Below, one piece after another: positions 17,980-25,439 of a stretch of DNA of 32,732 nt. The DNA lies in the NCBI GenBank assembly GCA_046051155.1, contig JBJOOS010000001.1:1-32732 (forward strand). Direction: 5' to 3'. Numbering within the stretch: position 1 is the stretch's first letter; every line of letters begins with the position of its first letter. The notes under the pieces were generated by a model. That model was not told where the DNA came from. It searched no databases and was given only the letters and a program-made list of their open reading frames with translations. This DNA comes from Candidatus Parcubacteria bacterium (GTDB lineage: Bacteria > Patescibacteriota > Minisyncoccia > Phycocordibacterales > Phycocordibacteraceae). A program made the translations under genes and the position numbers.

Positions 17980-18078
17980 TTACCCCGCGAAGGCGAAATG
18001 CACGAGCAACCCGACGACGCAGAGAAACACGAAACCCAAGAACTGTCCGGTTGTAGGCTCGTCCTGCAAATGCGACAT
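17980..18078 (-). CDS. Unannotated 32-aa hydrophobic peptide (below the ORF-track cut-off)
   Basis: [38 protein letters not shown] (18083-18088) lies 4 nt upstream of the ATG. There is a hairpin in the leader and a terminator downstream. Confidence 0.5.
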   Translation of the reverse strand: MSHLQDEPTTGQFLGFVFLCVVGLLVHFAFAG

Positions 18079-18142
18079 ACACCCTCCTTTCCAAGGCGAC
18101 CCTTGGTTTCTTTGACAATATCACTCCTCGGCCTTAGCACAA

Positions 18143-18175
18143 CTACGCCCCTGAAAGCGGTTTACGAATGTCGAC
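18143..18175 (-). repeat. uvrB-tail repeat, copy A (diverged; reads ..[11 protein letters not shown])
   Basis: The + strand cta cgc ccc tga aag cgg ttt acg aat gtc gac aligns codon by codon to the true uvrB end. Differences in the last 7 codons are all third-position. Confidence 0.7.
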
Positions 18176-18176
18176 T

Positions 18177-18440
18177 TCAGAAGATTGCGGTAAGGAATGT
18201 TGCAATTGCCAGCGGAATGCCAGGCAGATTGCAGATGAAGATAGGCCAATCCCGCGGCGTCTTGTAGAAGCCATAGGAAGTCCAGGTTATGGCACTACAT
18301 GCGGTCATAAGTGGAATGAGCCATGAACCCTTGTGGCCCGTCATGTTCAGCCTGATCTGATCGATGAACGAAAAGTACATCGACAGAGCAAAGACTGTGC
18401 CCAGCCAGCCTATCGAAGAAACTTGCTTTTGTGATAGCAC
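18177..18440 (-). CDS. SemiSWEET-like (MtN3/PQ-loop, 3-TM) sugar transporter
   Basis: 87 aa with three TM helices. [23 protein letters not shown]...[21 protein letters not shown]...[15 protein letters not shown] matches the SWEET half-unit pattern (xQ loop, W..YG, P-I...N). GTG start with AAGGAG 8 nt upstream. Confidence 0.65.
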   Translation of the reverse strand: MLSQKQVSSIGWLGTVFALSMYFSFIDQIRLNMTGHKGSWLIPLMTACSAITWTSYGFYKTPRDWPIFICNLPGIPLAIATFLTAIF

Positions 18441-18482
18441 GAAATGTACTCCTTACTTGACTGTGATTGACTACCGTGATGT

Positions 18483-18511
18483 ATTATGTAGTATCTTATA
18501 GTTACTGTCAA
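18483..18511 (-). promoter_or_regulatory. Sigma70-type promoter for the SemiSWEET gene
   Basis: The minus strand reads TTGACA (18511-18506), a 17-nt spacer, then CATAAT (18488-18483). The -35 box contains the TGA of uvrB-tail copy B. Confidence 0.6.
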
Positions 18512-18539
18512 GCGCCAGAAAGCGGTTTACGAGTGCGAG
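18508..18539 (-). repeat. uvrB-tail repeat, copy B (reads [12 protein letters not shown])
   Basis: tcaagcgccagaaagcggtttacgagtgcgag is identical to 18924-18955 at 30 of 32 nt. Both differences are synonymous third positions. Confidence 0.85.
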
Positions 18540-18551
18540 CTGAAGCTCAGG

Positions 18552-18584
18552 AATAGGAAAAGGGCATCCGTAGATGCCCTTTTG
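18552..18584 (-). terminator. Intrinsic terminator after the 89-aa protein gene
   Basis: The minus strand reads aaaagggcatc-tacg-gatgccctttt followed by cctattcctg. This is the same 3' flank motif as the terminator at 17932-17969. Confidence 0.7.
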
Positions 18585-18602
18585 TGGGCCGGCCGCAGCC
18601 GC

Positions 18603-18872
18603 TCACTTCTTCGACAAGAACTTCGCGACCTCATCGCGAGCTCGCGCTTCGGCGTCAGTGACACAGAGCTTGTCACGCTCATCATATAGCGCGAACTGCT
18701 TGGTACTGAGATTACAGTTATTCCCAACGTACTCATTGGTGAGATGCTTGCTGAAGCCAGCTGAAACCGCCGCCGTATTCGCGTTGGCCTGAGCGAGATC
18801 GCGCTGCCAAAGCATCGCGGAAATGCCGAAGGCGACAGTGACTACTCCTAGGGACACGTTCGTAAAGGTCAT
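18603..18872 (-). CDS. Hypothetical 89-aa N-terminally anchored protein with two Cys
   Basis: MTFTNVSLGVVTVAFGISAMLWQ... AGGAG lies 5 nt upstream of ATG 18872. The track's longer GTG start (18908) would overlap the predicted promoter. No family recognised. Confidence 0.55.
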   Translation of the reverse strand: MTFTNVSLGVVTVAFGISAMLWQRDLAQANANTAAVSAGFSKHLTNEYVGNNCNLSTKQFALYDERDKLCVTDAEARARDEVAKFLSKK

Positions 18873-18898
18873 AATGCTCTCCTGATTTACCGCTTTAT

Positions 18899-18927
18899 AT
18901 AATAGCACCTATAGACCCACTCGTCAA
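18899..18927 (-). promoter_or_regulatory. Sigma70-type promoter overlapping the uvrB stop codon
   Basis: The minus strand reads TTGACG (18927-18922), a 17-nt spacer, then TATTAT (18904-18899). The uvrB TGA lies inside the -35 box. Confidence 0.55.
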
Positions 18928-18955
18928 GCGCCAGAAAGCGGTTTGCGGGTGCGAG
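18924..18955 (-). repeat. uvrB-tail repeat, copy C (the authentic uvrB 3' end)
   Basis: Last 9 sense codons (plus the end of the preceding Pro codon) and the stop of uvrB ([12 protein letters not shown]). Confidence 0.9.
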
Positions 18956-20978
18956 GTTTGCGAGCCTTTGGTCCTGTGCCCTCGAGTTTATAAATTTCGT
19001 CGCGGATGAGCGCTGCTGTCTCGAAGTCGAGTTTCTCTACTGCCTCTGCCATCTCTTCCCTCTTGCGCGCGACAAATGCTTTCGGGTCGTCTTTATACGC
19101 CAGCGTGTCGAGCACGAGGAGCTCATCTATCGTGCGCTGGTGCTCGGTGCGCATAGACGCGGCGATGTCGTGAATCTCTTTTTTAATCGTGAGCGGAGTG
19201 ATGCCGTGCTTCGTGTTGTACGCCATCTGGAGTGCGCGACGGCGATTGGTCTCGCTAATCGCGCGGTCCAACGAGCCCGTCATGTTGTCGGCGTAGAGAA
19301 TCACGCGGCCGAGGACGTTACGCGCCGCGCGACCGATAGTCTGTATGAGCGATGTCTCGCTGCGCAGGAAGCCCTCCTTGTCTGCGTCGAGGATGCCGAC
19401 GAGTTCCACTTCTGGCAGGTCGAGTCCTTCGCGGAGCAGGTTCACACCGACGAGAATGTCGAAGCCGCCCTGGCGAAACTTCGTGAGGATGTCTATGCGG
19501 TCTATCGTCTTCACGTCTGAGTGGAGGTATTCGGCCTTGATTCCCTTCTCGCGCAGGAAGGACGCAAGGTCTTCTGCCATCTGCTTGGTGAGCGTAGTCG
19601 CGAGCGCGCGGCCGCCGCGCTTAATCACCACTTCTGCTTCAGCAATAAAATCCGCAATCTGTCCCTTGTACTCTCCGGTCTCGACAATCGGGCGGACCGT
19701 AAGCTCTGGGTCGATGAGACCGGTCGGGCGAATCACTTGCTCTACTACCTGCTCTGAATGCTGCTTCTCGTATGCGCCTGGTGTCGCGCTTGTGTACACG
19801 ACCTGTCCGACGCGCTTTTCAAACTCTTCGAAGCGAAGTGGGCGATTGTCGCGGGCACTCGGCAGGCGGAAGCCATACTCCACGAGCACGTCCTTGCGCG
19901 ATTTGTCGCCCGCATACATGCCGCCTATTTGGGAAACTGTGACGTGTGACTCATCTATCACGGTGAGGAAGTCTGCGGAGCCGTCTTTCGTGTGCGGGAA
20001 ATACGACAGAAGCGTGAACGGCGGTTCGCCTGGCTTACGCCCGTCGAAGTGCCGCGAGTAGTTCTCGATGCCGCTCGTGTATCCGAGCTCGCGGATGAGC
20101 GCGAGGTCGTGGAGCGTGCGGCGCTTCAGGCGCTCGTGCTCGAGCGGCTTCTCTTCGCGCTTAAACTTAGCGAGCTGCTCGTCGAGCTCCAGCTTAATGT
20201 CTTCGATGGCGCGCAGGCGCTCGTCTTCGTTTGTCACGAAGTGCTTCGCCGGGAAGACGAACACTGACCGTGGCTCTGCAATCTTCGCACGAGAGACTGG
20301 GTCGAGCTGGTGGATACTCGCGATAGCGCTCCCATCAAAGGTAATGCGGAATATCGCGCGCTCGTTGACTGGCATAAATTCAAGCGAGTTCCCTACTGCG
20401 CGCAACTGCCCCGGATTGAGGTCGGCGTTTGTGCGTTCGAAATAAATGCCGACGAGCTTGCGTATGAGCGCGGAGCGATTCTCTTCGCTGCCCTGCTCTA
20501 TTTTTACGTGCACTTTTTCATATTGCTCCGGCGAACCGAGGCCGTAGATGGCCGAGACTGAAGCGACGATGATGACGTCCTTGCGCGTGAGCAGCGCCTG
20601 CGTCGCCGCGTGACGCAGGCGGTCTATCTCTTGGTTAATCATCGCCTCCTTCTCTATATAGGTATCGGAGTGCGCGATGTACGCCTCTGGCTGGTAGTAG
20701 TCGTAGTACGAGACGAAGTAGTGCACCGCGTTTTCAGGAAAGAACTCGCGATATTCCTGCGCGAGCTGTGCAGCGAGGGTCTTGTTGTGTGCGAGCACGA
20801 GTGTTGGTTTGTCGTTCTTCGCGATAACGTTTGCCACGGTAAAGGTCTTCCCGCTTCCAGTCACACCAAAAAGCGTCTGGTGATGCAGACCTTTCTTCAG
20901 CCCGTCGGAGAGCTTCTCAATTGCCTGCGGCTGATCGCCCGCAGGCTCAAATGGAAGATGGAGTTTGAAATTAGCCAT
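18924..20978 (-). CDS. uvrB: Excinuclease ABC subunit B
   Basis: Start taken at [23 protein letters not shown]. Contains Walker [13 protein letters not shown], the beta-hairpin region [10 protein letters not shown], helicase motifs, and a C-terminal UVR motif [17 protein letters not shown]. The ATG overlaps the tgt stop (ATGGCTAA). Confidence 0.95.
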   Translation of the reverse strand: MANFKLHLPFEPAGDQPQAIEKLSDGLKKGLHHQTLFGVTGSGKTFTVANVIAKNDKPTLVLAHNKTLAAQLAQEYREFFPENAVHYFVSYYDYYQPEAYIAHSDTYIEKEAMINQEIDRLRHAATQALLTRKDVIIVASVSAIYGLGSPEQYEKVHVKIEQGSEENRSALIRKLVGIYFERTNADLNPGQLRAVGNSLEFMPVNERAIFRITFDGSAIASIHQLDPVSRAKIAEPRSVFVFPAKHFVTNEDERLRAIEDIKLELDEQLAKFKREEKPLEHERLKRRTLHDLALIRELGYTSGIENYSRHFDGRKPGEPPFTLLSYFPHTKDGSADFLTVIDESHVTVSQIGGMYAGDKSRKDVLVEYGFRLPSARDNRPLRFEEFEKRVGQVVYTSATPGAYEKQHSEQVVEQVIRPTGLIDPELTVRPIVETGEYKGQIADFIAEAEVVIKRGGRALATTLTKQMAEDLASFLREKGIKAEYLHSDVKTIDRIDILTKFRQGGFDILVGVNLLREGLDLPEVELVGILDADKEGFLRSETSLIQTIGRAARNVLGRVILYADNMTGSLDRAISETNRRRALQMAYNTKHGITPLTIKKEIHDIAASMRTEHQRTIDELLVLDTLAYKDDPKAFVARKREEMAEAVEKLDFETAALIRDEIYKLEGTGPKARKPRTRKPLSGA

Positions 20979-22224
20979 AGTATTGTCGTACAAATTCTGC
21001 ACGGTATTCGTCAAAACGTCCATCAATAATAGCTTGGCGCGCACCCTTCACGAGCGCGAGGATGAAGCCGACATTATGCATCGAGCAGATCATAGAGCCG
21101 AGCATCTCTTTGGAGCGGATGAGGTGTGCCACGTATGCACGTGTGAATGGCTCGGTACCAGCGATGCTGACTTCAGAATCGAGCGGACCGAAATCCTCTT
21201 TGAAGCGTTCTCCCGTGAGATGGATGATTCCTTTTTTCGTATAAATAGAACCATGACGGCCGATGCGAGTGGCGGCGACGCAGTCGAAGAGGTCCATCCC
21301 GTGCGCGATACCCTCGAGAATGTCGCCCGGCTCGCCGATGCCGAGGAAATGCTTCGGCAATTCTTCTGGTAATTCCCCTACTGCCGCTTGGAGCGCGCCG
21401 CGCATGTCTTCTTTGCTAAATGAGCCGCCGATACCGATGCCATCGAAGCCGAGCGACGCGATTTCTCGTGCGCTTTCCTTGCGCAAATCTTTGTGGCGAC
21501 CGCCCTGCACAATGCCGAAGATGGCCTGCTTTTGTGATGCATCGATATTCTGTCGGTGCGCTTTCAGACTACGCTCGGCCCAGCGGTGTGTGCGCTCCAT
21601 CGCCTCTCGCTGATATTCGTATGGCTCGTTCGGCGAGGTGCACTCGTCAAACGCGAAGAAGAGGTCAGCACCTAAGGCGTGCTGAATTTCTACCGAGCGC
21701 TCGGGCGTGAAGCGGTGAAGCGAGCCGTCGAGATGCGAAGTGAACGACACGCCCTCGTCGTCGATGACCGCGAGCTGGCCGTGCTGGCTGGCCACGTCTT
21801 CGTCGTAGACCGCCACCGATTCCTCCTGTGGCGCATCCTCTTTTACAAACTTAGTAATGGTCTTCCCGAATGCCGCGCCGAGCGAGAAGACTTGGAATCC
21901 GCCAGAGTCGGTCATCGTGGGCGCTGTTTTGCCTCCTTTTTCCCAGCCCATAAACTTCCCGAGACCTCCGCCTTTCTGAACGATTTTTTCTCCTGGCTGA
22001 AGGTACAAGTGATAGGTATTTGCGAGCACCACATCTGCGCCAAGATCTACGAGCTGCTCGGGTAGAATACCTTTCACGTTGGCTTTTGTGCCGACGGGGA
22101 CGAAGGCGGGAGTGTGAATCACGCCGTGCGGAGTCGTGAGTACGGCAGCGCGCGCTTTATGATTGGCGGATGCCGCCCCGCTGCCTGGCGCGCGTGCTTC
22201 TATCTGGAATGAGATGCTACTCAT
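20971..22224 (-). CDS. tgt: tRNA-guanine transglycosylase (queuine tRNA-ribosyltransferase)
   Basis: 417 aa. Contains TPAFVPVGT, DSGGFQVFSL and GMDLFDCVAATR. The usual CxCxxC zinc motif is replaced by VSIAGT. Confidence 0.9.
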   Translation of the reverse strand: MSSISFQIEARAPGSGAASANHKARAAVLTTPHGVIHTPAFVPVGTKANVKGILPEQLVDLGADVVLANTYHLYLQPGEKIVQKGGGLGKFMGWEKGGKTAPTMTDSGGFQVFSLGAAFGKTITKFVKEDAPQEESVAVYDEDVASQHGQLAVIDDEGVSFTSHLDGSLHRFTPERSVEIQHALGADLFFAFDECTSPNEPYEYQREAMERTHRWAERSLKAHRQNIDASQKQAIFGIVQGGRHKDLRKESAREIASLGFDGIGIGGSFSKEDMRGALQAAVGELPEELPKHFLGIGEPGDILEGIAHGMDLFDCVAATRIGRHGSIYTKKGIIHLTGERFKEDFGPLDSEVSIAGTEPFTRAYVAHLIRSKEMLGSMICSMHNVGFILALVKGARQAIIDGRFDEYRAEFVRQYYG

Positions 22225-22238
22225 TCCTTATTATTAGC

Positions 22239-22808
22239 CTATTTGCCGCCCTTTTGCACCTTCAAGAGCTCTACTTCAAAGAGAAGAGTCGAGTTCGCAG
22301 GAATCGCGTTCCCAACGGCCTGACTACCGTAGCCAAGTGACGGTGGGATGACGAGCACACGCTTACCACCCACCTTCATCCCAGCAACGCCTTCATCCCA
22401 GCCCTTGATAACCTGTCCCGCACCGAGAGGAAACGTGAAGCCAGTAGTGCCGTGATTGGCAGAGGCGTCAAAGACCGTGCCGTTCGTGAGCGAGCCGACA
22501 TAATTCACCGTGACGATGTCGCCCGCGACTGCCGTGTCACCGGTGCCCACCACAAGATCCTTAGCTGACAATTCGGTCGCGTTAACGGTTTGAGCGGGAG
22601 GCATAGTTGTTGTTGTGTTAGTTGGGTTAGTAGTTGAGCTGAGTCCGTTCTGTACTTGCGCGTTCACGCTCGTGTCGACAGCGGCTTGGTGGTCGGCCGG
22701 GTTCGTGGTGCTCGCTACACGGAAGGGCCATAGCCCAGGAGCCAAGAAGAACACGACTACGACGACGAGAGCGAGTGCAGTTGCGATACCGGTTTGGGTT
22801 GGTTGCAT
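22239..22808 (-). CDS. FKBP-type peptidyl-prolyl cis-trans isomerase, membrane-anchored or exported
   Basis: N-terminal TM helix, a Thr/Asn-rich linker, then VTVNYVGSLTNGTVFDAS...FPLGAGQVIKGWDEGVAGMKVGGKRVLVIPPSLGYG. Confidence 0.88.
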   Translation of the reverse strand: MQPTQTGIATALALVVVVVFFLAPGLWPFRVASTTNPADHQAAVDTSVNAQVQNGLSSTTNPTNTTTTMPPAQTVNATELSAKDLVVGTGDTAVAGDIVTVNYVGSLTNGTVFDASANHGTTGFTFPLGAGQVIKGWDEGVAGMKVGGKRVLVIPPSLGYGSQAVGNAIPANSTLLFEVELLKVQKGGK

Positions 22809-22835
22809 ATGGTGATGGTTACGGGTGTCAGTATA

Positions 22836-23144
22836 CTACGCCCCTTGAAAAGCTTTAAATCGTTTAATCTCCTCTGCGACGGCGTCCTTGGCGAGCTGTT
22901 CGTGGGCGGGAACCTCCTTGTTGAGAAAGGCGGTAAGCGCTGCCGCGTCGCCGCCCCCCGCGAGCCTGGCGAATTCATCACGCATCTCTGGAGCGAGCTT
23001 GCCGACTACCGCGAGTGTCGCCGCCTTAAGCGCCACTTCGCCAAACTGCCCGATGAGCTCCTGCTGTTCGGCGATAGGAAGGTCTGTAATCCCGAGGTCG
23101 CTCGCAATCGCCGCTGTTAGTTCGTCTTGCATAGGTGAAATCAT
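22836..23144 (-). CDS. Small helical hypothetical protein (possibly DUF5663-like)
   Basis: 102 aa, acidic, all-helical in character (LPIAEQQELIGQFGEVALKAATLAVVGKL). The family assignment is from memory and unverified. Confidence 0.55.
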   Translation of the reverse strand: MISPMQDELTAAIASDLGITDLPIAEQQELIGQFGEVALKAATLAVVGKLAPEMRDEFARLAGGGDAAALTAFLNKEVPAHEQLAKDAVAEEIKRFKAFQGA

Positions 23145-23152
23145 AGCATGAG

Positions 23153-25438
23153 TTATTTATCGGTAGGCAACTTGACCCGCTCACTGAAGTCGCCCGGTCC
23201 CGACACCTTCAACCACGACGAGAACACGCGACGAAGACCACGCGCATATACTGCATCTTTAGGCTGATACGTTGCTTCGCCGTTGACGAGACGAATCGGA
23301 AGGCGGTAACTTCCCTTCGCGTCTTCACCAATCCCATAGACTGTCTCCTTCGGATGGAGGAGAAGATACTCCTTGGCCTTATTCGTATACTTCTCTGGGT
23401 CTGAACCTCCATAGACAAATACGTGTTTCGCCGCACGGTATATGCCAGTCTCTTTCTCCGGCACCACGACGCCGAATTTATTTGGCACAAACATCTCAGT
23501 ACTACCTGGCTGAACGGTCTCAGCAATGGGGGCGTCATGGATTGGTGTCTCACCAGTTGGTGCATCGGCGTGCACACTAGCGCCTGTATCGGGTGTGGCG
23601 TCCGCGGTATCGTCCGGCACGATTTCCCAATGTCCGCCCGGCGTTGGAGCCTCAACAGTTGTCTCTGGTACCACATGTCCACTACCCGCCGCGTCTGGCA
23701 TTTCAGGACTGTCTACGGCGAGCTTAACTTCTGGTTCTGAGGCAACGGAGGTCGTTACCTCCCCCGAGGAATGACCGACCTGCTGATCAAGACCTGTATC
23801 AGGATTGTCTGAGTCATAGGCGGCCTCGGCGTCCTGATACGAGGGCTCTGGAGCCTGCCCCTCCGGAGCGGGCACCGGTGCTTGGACGTCGTCGGGAGCG
23901 GGAGACACCGCATCACTTGGAACGGCCTCTGGTGTACCCTCTGATGTGGGCAACGTCTCAGCAGGCGAAGAAGCCGAAGATGCTGCCGACACCTCACTCG
24001 GTACGGTTGCGGCGGCGGGCGGCGGCGCCTCTGCTGTCTGGGGCGCAACCGGTGGCACGACAACTCGCTCCGGCACAGGAGCCACGTGCGCCGGCGGGGC
24101 GTGCAGCCCTCTCTCCTGGACGTACGCGTTATGCCCATCAGTGTGATGAAACGCGAGGTTGTGCTTCAGCCACTCAGATATTCTCTCAGGAGCAGAGTCG
24201 GGGATATGTAAGCCAGTGAGCGACCACCCCTCTTTAATCGCGAGACCTGGAACTCCTGAAAAAATCGCCAAGGCGACGGTGGCTGCAGTACCGTGCTTCT
24301 TCCACTTCTCAAATTTCGTCCGAGCAGTTCCTCTCTCTGCCTCCTTTTTGGCGAGACGTTTCTCCAGGGTTCCCTCGACCAGAGCGTAGGTACCGAGAGA
24401 CGAGAGGGATCTTTGTCCAAGCTTCGCAGCGCTGAGAAGCGTCACCAAAGTCGAGGCGCCACCCGTCGCAAGTGACGCTCCAAAGAGTGCGCCCGACACT
24501 GCAACTTTATATTTGAGCGGGAGCTTCCGGTACCATTCGCCCGCTTTAAGTAAGCTTTCTCCCGCGTTTTTACCAAGCGCTTGTATCTTTCTCGTGAGTT
24601 CGACATCGCGCAACTGAAGCGTTTTTTCACCAATGCGCCGACTCTGTTCGGCGAGATACCCTTTTGCCTTTTTAAAATCCTCAGAGCCGCCTGCAATGGC
24701 TTCACGACTGTTGTCGAGGAATTCTTCTGTAACCTGGCCTGCTTTCTCTTTTGCTCCGCTGGCAAATCGCCCAACGAGCCCCTTCAGCTTCTTCTTCCAT
24801 TCAAAAGGAGTCTTCCACTCCTCTTCCTCCTTTGCATACGGGAGTTCAGCGAGACCCTCGCTTACTAGGTCCTCATTCGCTGGCGGATACACCGTCGGGA
24901 TTCTCGGCCCGCGTCGCGAATGCTTCTCCACCTCTTCGCGGATTTTCGTTTCGCGGCTCGTGTCGACGTCATGCACGCGCGGTATAGAGAACGCGGCAAT
25001 GTCAGCCGCCTCTGCGCGGGATACTCCGGCGATGTCTTCCTTCGAATACCCAAGGTCTTCGAGCTTGCCCTCAGACTTCCAATCCCATTGTCCATTATTC
25101 TCCGACGGTGCGGGTACATCAACCCCTTGCCCCTCTCTCTCCAAATCCCTTCGCTCAATATCCCTCTGTATGGCTTGCAATTCCTGAAGATGCTCGTCTG
25201 AGAACGCAGACGGAGCTACCGTACCAGCTGGCGCTGGTTCCTGCGTGAGCGGAACATCGGGAAAGTGCCGAACTCCCTCCTCTTTTGCCATCCTAATTGC
25301 CTCTTTCTTAGCCCGCACATTTGGACCGCGCGGCGGTAAAGTAACGAGGACACCTTCTTCTGCCGCACGCTCCAGAGAAGCGAACCGCTGATCCTTATCG
25401 CGCGGTTTTCTCGGTGGACGATTAATACCCCCAGCCAT
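23153..25438 (-). CDS. 761-aa membrane protein with a charged N-terminal region, two hydrophobic segments, a Pro/Ala/Glu/Asp-rich stalk and a C-terminal globular domain
   Basis: Long ORF whose ATG lies 1 nt after the stop of the upstream ATPase. Hydrophobic segments sit at about aa 311-338 and 383-400. Low complexity spans about aa 445-645. No family recognised. Confidence 0.75.
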   Translation of the reverse strand: MAGGINRPPRKPRDKDQRFASLERAAEEGVLVTLPPRGPNVRAKKEAIRMAKEEGVRHFPDVPLTQEPAPAGTVAPSAFSDEHLQELQAIQRDIERRDLEREGQGVDVPAPSENNGQWDWKSEGKLEDLGYSKEDIAGVSRAEAADIAAFSIPRVHDVDTSRETKIREEVEKHSRRGPRIPTVYPPANEDLVSEGLAELPYAKEEEEWKTPFEWKKKLKGLVGRFASGAKEKAGQVTEEFLDNSREAIAGGSEDFKKAKGYLAEQSRRIGEKTLQLRDVELTRKIQALGKNAGESLLKAGEWYRKLPLKYKVAVSGALFGASLATGGASTLVTLLSAAKLGQRSLSSLGTYALVEGTLEKRLAKKEAERGTARTKFEKWKKHGTAATVALAIFSGVPGLAIKEGWSLTGLHIPDSAPERISEWLKHNLAFHHTDGHNAYVQERGLHAPPAHVAPVPERVVVPPVAPQTAEAPPPAAATVPSEVSAASSASSPAETLPTSEGTPEAVPSDAVSPAPDDVQAPVPAPEGQAPEPSYQDAEAAYDSDNPDTGLDQQVGHSSGEVTTSVASEPEVKLAVDSPEMPDAAGSGHVVPETTVEAPTPGGHWEIVPDDTADATPDTGASVHADAPTGETPIHDAPIAETVQPGSTEMFVPNKFGVVVPEKETGIYRAAKHVFVYGGSDPEKYTNKAKEYLLLHPKETVYGIGEDAKGSYRLPIRLVNGEATYQPKDAVYARGLRRVFSSWLKVSGPGDFSERVKLPTDK

Positions 25439-25439
25439 A

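Noticed and set aside
17719-18267. ORFs 17719-18267+, 17870-18124- and 17919-18140- in the uvrA-SemiSWEET gap.
   Set aside because: They span a terminator hairpin and a promoter-like region, and they lack an SD. They are Arg-rich. The SD-led 32-aa peptide reading is better supported.
18527-18736. 69-aa minus-strand ORF.
   Set aside because: It overlaps the 89-aa gene in another frame and reads through the terminator hairpin and repeat copy B.
18143-18955. Three spaced direct repeats, considered as a possible mini CRISPR array or as translated extensions of the cassette genes.
   Set aside because: There are only three copies. Spacings are unequal (365 and 416 nt), the intervening segments are protein-coding, and the copies are non-identical, so this is not CRISPR-like. 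Copy B lies beyond a terminator and copy A is out of frame with the SemiSWEET stop, so translation as a C-terminal extension is unlikely.
19140-21372. Numerous plus-strand ORFs inside uvrB and tgt.
   Set aside because: They are antisense to genes with complete canonical motifs. They are shadow ORFs.
23209-25201. Multiple ORFs of 60-184 aa on both strands inside the 761-aa gene.
   Set aside because: They are generated by the GC-rich, low-complexity coding region. Only the 761-aa frame is continuous and translationally coupled to the upstream ATPase.
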